64,000 nt of DNA from Amoebidium appalachense. Lineage: Eukaryota; Protista; Ichthyosporea. The stretch covers positions 8,367,962 through 8,431,961 of the forward strand of contig CAVNZM010000007.1 of the NCBI GenBank assembly GCA_963693365.1, given 5' to 3'. The translations under genes were made by a program, and so were the position numbers. The notes beneath the pieces are model-generated. The model had not been told where the DNA came from. It searched no databases and was given only the letters and a program-made list of their open reading frames with translations. Shown in pieces: positions 57,030 to 64,000 of this stretch. The stretch's first letter is position 1. Each line of letters starts with the position of its first letter.

Positions 57030-58188
57030 GGTGTATTTATGCGCGATTTTGTAATGGGTTGTCACAGAACATTAACACACTAGTATGTCTCCCACTGGAG
57101 TTCACACACACATCTTTGCTTAGGGGGGTCTTGGTAGACGGAACGACCATTATGACATAATGTTTGGTGTAACATAGGAACGCGTCAGTTCTAGGAAGAA
57201 GTTGTGCCGGTGTTATTGCAGTATGAAATCTCGAGACGAGGAACATGAAAATGCACTTAAGGGTAATCAGATTCTGTCTGAATGTATGAGTTTCTGTGTA
57301 TCAACCGGTTGACAGGTACCCCCGTATGCTCACAAATGCGCACGAGCACACACACACACACACGCACACGCACAAACACAAACACACACCAACACCATCT
57401 GCCACCATTACAGCCACAAAAGAACCAGAATCTACAGCAAAAGAACCAGAGTCGACTCAGTAGAACAAAAGGGAAGTGTCCGGGGGAGGGAGGGAGGGAG
57501 GGAGGGAGGGAGGGGGGGGGGGGGGGGGGGGGGGGGTTAGGTTACATTTGTTCATTGGCTCAAGTTGGCAGTCGACGGTCCGCTGTATCATTTTTGGACA
57601 TGTCCCGGCCTATTTTTCAACATTGGGTCCGTAAGCATGGTTGCGAATAATAATCATCGATCGTGAGGGTCCTATGTATGGTCCTACGTATTTCATGAGT
57701 ATTAGGGGATTGGGGAAGTTGGTGCTACGGTAGTGGCACTACTAATTAGGTTTCATGTAATAGGAAGTACGATACGGCAGCCCGGGAAGACTCTCAGGCT
57801 GTCGCTTGGATATTAATATCTGTCTTTGCGTAATAACATTTTTAAACTCTAGAGATGATATAAGAGTTACCGATGCTATGACTAATTATATGCACCTCAA
57901 ACTATGACAGGCCGTAATAAATATTTTTCCTTCGACCAGGTCAATTCACAAGAGTAGGAACGAGGCACAAGAATAATAGAAGAGGGAGAAAAAGCCCAGA
58001 ACAGAAATTTAACTATGGAAAAACAATAAATGTTTATCACACAAGAATAAAACGCTGGGGTCCGAAACAAAGAGAAACGTTGACACATATTTGCTGCTAT
58101 ATCTGTCCCTGGCTGTGTACATTCGCCATACCACAAGTACATTAAAACTCGCGATCGCCACAACCAATTACGCCTTAGCATTAAAATT

Positions 58189-59640
58189 TTAAGACCTAGC
58201 TATTATCTGAACGTTGTTCTTCCTGATCAAAGATGCAAGGCGAGATGTGACCGCCCTGCGCAGGCTCGAACCATACCACAGACGTAGCAACGGGCCGTGC
58301 GCTTTGTTGCCGCTCGTGTTGGACATGGTATCCAATATTATGCTGTGTTTAAAAGAGTCGACCAATGGAATTACGGCATCAAATTTATCATCCAAGGTGT
58401 AGGCATTCACAATATGACCGATGACCGACGCGCCCAGATCGCAGCCCGGATCGGCTCCATTTATGGCCGCATTTTGCTGCTTGGCCACAAACCTTACAAG
58501 TGTGTCCTGGTTGAGAAGTTGCAACGCAAAAAGTGCCGCTTCGTCAAACAAACATGTCCCCAAGGAGGAGATGTCGGTGTCAGCATAGGCCGTGGGGTTC
58601 GCCGGCGTAAATCGGCAGCCAAAGAAAGGGCACCAAAAGGTATTGTGGGTATTGCACCCAGAAACTGATTTTTCCGCCGCTTCGCCAGTTTGGGTCATTT
58701 TTTCGTTGATGTGCTGCACAACCCATTCGTCGAAGCATATTTGTTGCGCACCCCCGTCACGCACGTAGTTTGCGTAAACTTCGTCGGCTAATTTTCCGCT
58801 CGGGTTTCGGTGATATCTGTGCACATCCACCAAGAAATCCAAAATCTCTTCACAGTGCTCAGCCACAAGAAAATCGCGGAGCTTCGACACGAAGGTACGG
58901 GACGATTCAACGGTGTTTGTTGTATTGCAGGGCGGATGTCCGAGCGGTAAATGGTGAGACTGGCTGCGACTACGACCAATTTTCTGCAGTTTCTGCTCGT
59001 TGGCTGCTGTTGCTAGCGTGTTTACGGTGGGTGTGGGAAAAGGCATGGCCCCCAGTGGTTGTTTACATGGTTCGTGCTCGAATTGCACGCTCGAAGCCGC
59101 TGCATTGGTGCACGTTTGTGATGAATTTTGTTTTTCACGGTGCGGGGTTCTCTTTGCAGATTTGCTCTCGTGCTGGGAAACGACTGGATGGACGTCGTGG
59201 GGAACGATGGATAATGACACCCCCTGGCACGTTGTATCGTCATCATGATGTGAAAGGGTTATGCTTCCTGTTTCTTTTTTCCACACACACGTTGTCTCTT
59301 TCGCAGACCTCCACGACAGCCGTCGAGTGGACGAATCATCCCATGAACATGTCCTTGATGGCATGGACCAATCCTTGCTGAACGAGAACACAGCTGCCCT
59401 TTCGGTAGTTTTTACCGTGGTTGGTGTGGTATCACGGTTGCTTTTGCTTGGGCTGGCGAATAATTTGGGTGGGGTAGTTTCAATATTCAAACAAACCCCT
59501 GGTAGGGAACTGATGAGTACATCCTCTGCCAGTGATGCCGGGAGGTTGTTTGTGCGTACGAAAGGTGTGCGGCGTGGCATGTTGGGATGATATTTAGGCA
59601 ACCGTGCAGCAGCAGAAAATCTTCTAGTCTGTCGTTTCAT
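58189..59640 (-). CDS. RGS-domain protein (regulator of G-protein signalling-like), 483 aa, intronless
   Basis: Long non-repetitive ORF with a disordered S/T-rich N-terminus. LRDFLVAEHCEEILDFLVDVHRY...ADEVYANYV...QQICFD...LFDEA...LLNQDTLVRF follows the RGS box pattern. Confidence 0.85.
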   Translation of the reverse strand: MKRQTRRFSAAARLPKYHPNMPRRTPFVRTNNLPASLAEDVLISSLPGVCLNIETTPPKLFASPSKSNRDTTPTTVKTTERAAVFSFSKDWSMPSRTCSWDDSSTRRLSWRSAKETTCVWKKETGSITLSHHDDDTTCQGVSLSIVPHDVHPVVSQHESKSAKRTPHREKQNSSQTCTNAAASSVQFEHEPCKQPLGAMPFPTPTVNTLATAANEQKLQKIGRSRSQSHHLPLGHPPCNTTNTVESSRTFVSKLRDFLVAEHCEEILDFLVDVHRYHRNPSGKLADEVYANYVRDGGAQQICFDEWVVQHINEKMTQTGEAAEKSVSGCNTHNTFWCPFFGCRFTPANPTAYADTDISSLGTCLFDEAALFALQLLNQDTLVRFVAKQQNAAINGADPGCDLGASVIGHIVNAYTLDDKFDAVIPLVDSFKHSIILDTMSNTSGNKAHGPLLRLWYGSSLRRAVTSRLASLIRKNNVQIIARS

Positions 59641-60603
59641 TACAAGTGATGTGGATGTGCACGTGCTTTAAAACTACAGCACCATACTGCAACTACTACG
59701 GGATGAGAAGTCTGGGACTGTCTTTGAACCTGCAGAGATATTGCATGAAGAGTTTTAGGCAAGTGCACAAGTCCAGCAGCATCATGAAGTGTCCCAACAG
59801 AATAGTGGCGCAAGAACATTCATTTATAAAAGCTGCGTACAGATGGAAAAAAGACTGGCAAAATCGTAGTGTTCTAATAATGCGTGGCAACCCTATTCCA
59901 GGCCGGAATTCATTGATGTCCATTTGAGGGTGTTATCACTGTCAGTGCGGAGGAATTCATGTATACAATGTCATCATCGATTCGTGTAAACTGTTCAGAA
60001 TCGACTGAATGATTCACATTTACAACTGGGAGAGGGGACAGTGAGCCTCGTGCTTTCATAGCATCACCTGTATCAAGAGGCGAGTGGAAAGTGTGTGGGC
60101 CATCACTACGTTCCTGAGATCTAAAAACTAGGTACTTTCTGTGATGACGGCATCGAGCCAGTCAGCACTGACTCAGTAGCTGTCGTTTGAGTCCACGAGT
60201 CTGCGCATGCGCCTCTGTGGCCTCACCGAAGGGCGAGGGTACGCGTCTGGTGCCCGCTCCTGCAGTTTAGAGTAGATAATAAATCTACCCTCACGTACAG
60301 GCTACATTAAATTTAGTATTGCATACTTGGTCGCTCATTCCAGATTGATCCGTATTTCGTGTTGCCAACCGAGGGCTCGCGATCGCGTTGCTCGCGGGTG
60401 GTGCGTATCGATGGACGGTGCACTGCAAATGCGCTAAGGTCGTATGATAAAACCACCAAAAAAGCCGGAATAACACACACATACAACACTCACATAGTTG
60501 CAATTGAGACAACACGGTGACAACGTTAACACACACACGCACACACAAACGCACTGGGCACGATATGTATTTATGATCACAATGTTGCCTTGTTTTATGT
60601 AAG

Positions 60604-60825
60604 GGCGTGTTTGGCAGCGCAGTTATATCGTGTTTTCATCGTATTCGTATTTTCGCGCAATACCACGAATACGTATTTGTGTACTGCCAAACACGCCGCA
60701 GAAATATATCTCGCGAAAAGGCGATGGGATCGCTTTTATATCCGGAGGTGATTTTCGAAAAGACGATATAACTTTTAGCCATTCATAAGCGAAGTAAAAT
60801 TCTATTGGATCGCTCCGATCCAATC
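60604..60825. repeat. Cluster of interleaved inverted repeats (MITE-like remnant)
   Basis: ggcgtgtttggcag/ctgccaaacacgcc (14 bp), agttatatcgtgttttc/gaaaagacgatataact (16 of 17), cgtattcgt/acgaatacg, and attggatcg-ctc-cgatccaat. Confidence 0.6.
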
Positions 60826-61520
60826 CGACTTTGGAACTGCCGCGAACCATTTATGTTATTTTGGCTTTGAGATGGTGGAAACCGGATCAGTACCTGTTCT
60901 ATCCAAAAAAAAGCCTTTTTGTACATTAGAAATAAATCAAAAACAATAAGAGGTATAAAAAAGTACGTTTATGAATAAAATTGACAACTACTGCCATGTG
61001 TATTGTCTAAGTAGCCTTCATGCTTCAAGATCATTCGACCTTTATAATGCTATCTCGCTGGGCGGCAGAGACCCTGATGTCATGCTTGCGCAAGTCGATT
61101 CTGCCAATCGCGCATTGCGGGCAGTGAGCAGTTGTTGCCGCAGGTTTGGCGCAGCTACAGCTTTGTTTTTTTGCACCGAACCGTTGCTAACATAGAGGTG
61201 ACACGTGTCACGTGTGTCTTTTCCCTATCTTACACTTGAGGCGAAACGTTCCAGGGCTCATTATTTTCAGCTTATGGTGTTAGGATGGTAGAAATTTTGC
61301 GAGTTGGTGGCTGGGAGCCATCCAGAGTCACCCAAACTTTGAAAGGTGACCGGGAGCATACGGAGTAGAGCAGATGAGTAAAGCCCTGAGTTGTGTCCTT
61401 ACCAAGAGCACACGTTACAAACCACCGAGCCTAGCTCGACCTCCTATTCCAATGCCAGCCGGTTACCATTTCAGCAGTACCAAAGTGGTTCTCATTCTGA
61501 CACTATGGTTCAGGGTAGGA

Positions 61521-61553
<33 letters not shown>

Positions 61554-61889
61554 CCCCTTGTGGATCACTCCCCCCCCCCCCCCCCCCCCTCTCTTTCTTT
61601 CTTCGTTTTTCCCAACACCTACCGCACACGTTTAAGTAATCCCAATCTCCCAACTTTCGACTTTGTGCTCTACTCCTCTCCCCCCCCCCCCCCCTCCCCC
61701 CTCCACCTACCCATTTTGGTTTTCCTTTTTTTTTTTTTTTTAATCTTTTTTGTCGCCTCTTGCGGCCACTCACATCGGTCAAGAAATTCCCTTAAGCCTC
61801 CGACTCCATTTGCAATCCACGTGCTTTTGCTCTGTATCATCATGGCCCGATCGAGTCGCATGAACATTTTATCGCGATAAAACCCCCCT

Positions 61890-61920
<31 letters not shown>

Positions 61921-61937
61921 CACCACCACCACCACCA

Positions 61938-62007
<70 letters not shown>

Positions 62008-62069
62008 TTTTTCCCCATTCCCATATTTCCCATCCCACCACCCCCTCTCCATGCATGAGCAAAGGTTGT

Positions 62070-62115
<46 letters not shown>

Positions 62116-62217
62116 CACACACACGGTTTTCCCCCATTCCCATCTTTCCCATCCTCCCACCCCCTCTCCATGCATGAGCAAAGATTGTGGAGCTCGGTTT
62201 GTTTTTAGGCTACGCTT

Positions 62218-62254
<37 letters not shown>

Positions 62255-62293
62255 ATCTCTCTCTTCATTCTCTCTCTCTTTCTGTCTCTCTTC

Positions 62294-62387
<94 letters not shown>

Positions 62388-63245
62388 CCCCCCCCCCCCC
62401 CCCCCCTCTCTCTCTCTCTCTCCCCCTCCCCCTCTCCCTCTCCCCCTCCCTCTCCCTCTCCCTCCCTCCCTCCCTCCCTCCCACCCACCCACCCACCCTC
62501 CCCCCCCCCCCCCCCTCTCTCTCCCCCCCCCTCTCTCTCTCTCCCTCCCTCCCTCCCTCCCTCCCTCCGTTCCTCCCTCCCTCCCTCCCTCCCTCCCTCC
62601 TTCCCTACCCCCCTCCCTCCCTACCCCCCTCCCTCTCTCCCCCCACCTTCCCCCCCTCTCTATCTATCTATCACACAGAAACTCCCCCCCCCCCCCCCCC
62701 CCCCCCCCCCCGTTTCACTCAGCACCGTCTGCTCTCACGTGCACACACGGTCTCTCTCTTTCCCTCTTATTCTCCCTTCTCTTACCCGTTCCCTCTCCCC
62801 CCCCCCCCCCCCCCCCTCTCTATCTGTCTATCACACACACACTCCCCCCCCCCCCCCCCCCCCCCCCCCGTTTCACTCAGCACCGTCTGCTCTCACATGC
62901 ACACACGGCCCCTTTCTTTCCCTCTTATTCTCCCTTCTCTTACTCCCTTCCCTCCCCCCCTCGGCTGCCCCCTCCCCCCCCCCCCCCCCTCCCCTCCCCT
63001 CCGTCCTCTCCCCCCCTCCTTCCTTCCTCCCCTCCGTTCTCTCTCTCGCTCCCCCCCATCGGGGGAGACCCCCCCCCCCCCCCCCCCTCCTTCTTTCTCT
63101 TCACACTCAACATGGCATACACGCGCATGCACACACATTCAAACACACACACACACACACACTCTCTCTCTCCCTCTTCTCTCTCCACTCTCCCTCTCTC
63201 ACTCCCTCCCTCCCCCTCTCTCTCTCCTCTCTCTCTCTATCTCTC

Positions 63246-63286
<41 letters not shown>

Positions 63287-63489
63287 TTCACTCCCCTCAC
63301 TCCCTCTATCTCTTCTTACTCACTCACCATCCTCTCTCCCATGCACATGCGGTCTCTCTTAACCGCTTTCCTACTTTTCTTCCCTGGGACTTCATTCTTT
63401 TCAGCTGGTGTGGTATGTTAGCTAGGGAATTATCGACTTAGGTATCGACGGGGGGGCCTAGAAGCCCCGTCAAATGAGTTCCTCATTTT

Positions 63490-63630
63490 GCACACTGCAC
63501 AGGTTGCTGATGTTGCATACCTGAATGTTTGCTTTTCCTGTGTCCTTCACCGTGTTTCTCATCGTGTTCTTGTACTTCGTACCATGTTCCGCTTTTTAAC
63601 CCCCCTTTTTTCGTACTTTATGACGCATTC

Positions 63631-63632
<2 letters not shown>
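63490..63632 (+). repeat. Intronic repeat family copy, host gene not resolved
   Basis: gctgatgttgcatacctgaatgtttgc...gtacttcgtaccatgttccgc...gacgcattcaa followed by poly-C. 63940-63990 matches the upstream part of the family at ~31945-31995. Confidence 0.8.
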
Positions 63633-63664
<32 letters not shown>

Positions 63665-63878
63665 CCCCCCCAGAATCAAACCTACACCTTCTGAACATCC
63701 CAACACAATTCACATCACAACACTCTTCTTGGCCACATTTTTTTTGGCCCTGCAATCTCGTGAGCGATTCTTCCCTGCTGTGCCCTCACGGTGGCCTCAA
63801 GTCTGTGTCACCAGGTTTTGGGTTGTCCTAGAATGCAATCCTTCTCGTTAGTGTTCTGATCCTGTTTACTCAGTTAGC

Positions 63879-63923
<45 letters not shown>

Positions 63924-64000
63924 CCCTCCTCCTCCCATGTTCAAATGCAGCCGTGTCTGAGTTGGGTTTCGTCGACAAGGTGATTGGGTGTATGTGTGTG

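Noticed and set aside
60202-60212. NRF1-like TGCGCATGCGC upstream of the RGS gene
   Set aside because: It is a single occurrence in DNA rich in alternating purine-pyrimidine sequence, with no independent support.

Overview
Eukaryotic genomic DNA, probably a unicellular holozoan. That placement is an inference from HCCS, an RGS gene and GT-AG introns, not something the sequence proves. Introns and intergenic DNA are saturated with poly-C/poly-G, (CA)n/(GT)n and (CT)n/(GA)n tracts, so most six-frame ORFs are artefacts. Three spliced genes were reconstructed by hand: PWP1 (14 exons, +), ESF2/ABT1 (5 exons, -) and holocytochrome c synthase (4 exons, +), the last two head-to-head. Other real genes are three paralogous secreted proteins (Ser/Thr stalk, uncharacterised core domain, TNFR-like Cys modules; one has a second exon missed by the ORF track), an intronless PARP-type zinc-finger protein, an intronless probable GPI-anchored Cys-repeat protein and an intronless atypical RGS protein. 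Mobile DNA includes decayed 3' ends of non-LTR retrotransposons, a related SINE-like tail family and several MITE-like foldbacks. The most unusual signals are: (i) a ~130-200 bp repeat found in introns of three different genes, always sense to the host and set in poly-C; (ii) splice sites built from (GT)n and (CA)n microsatellites; (iii) the novel secreted protein family. All alignments were made by eye, and repeat boundaries are approximate.
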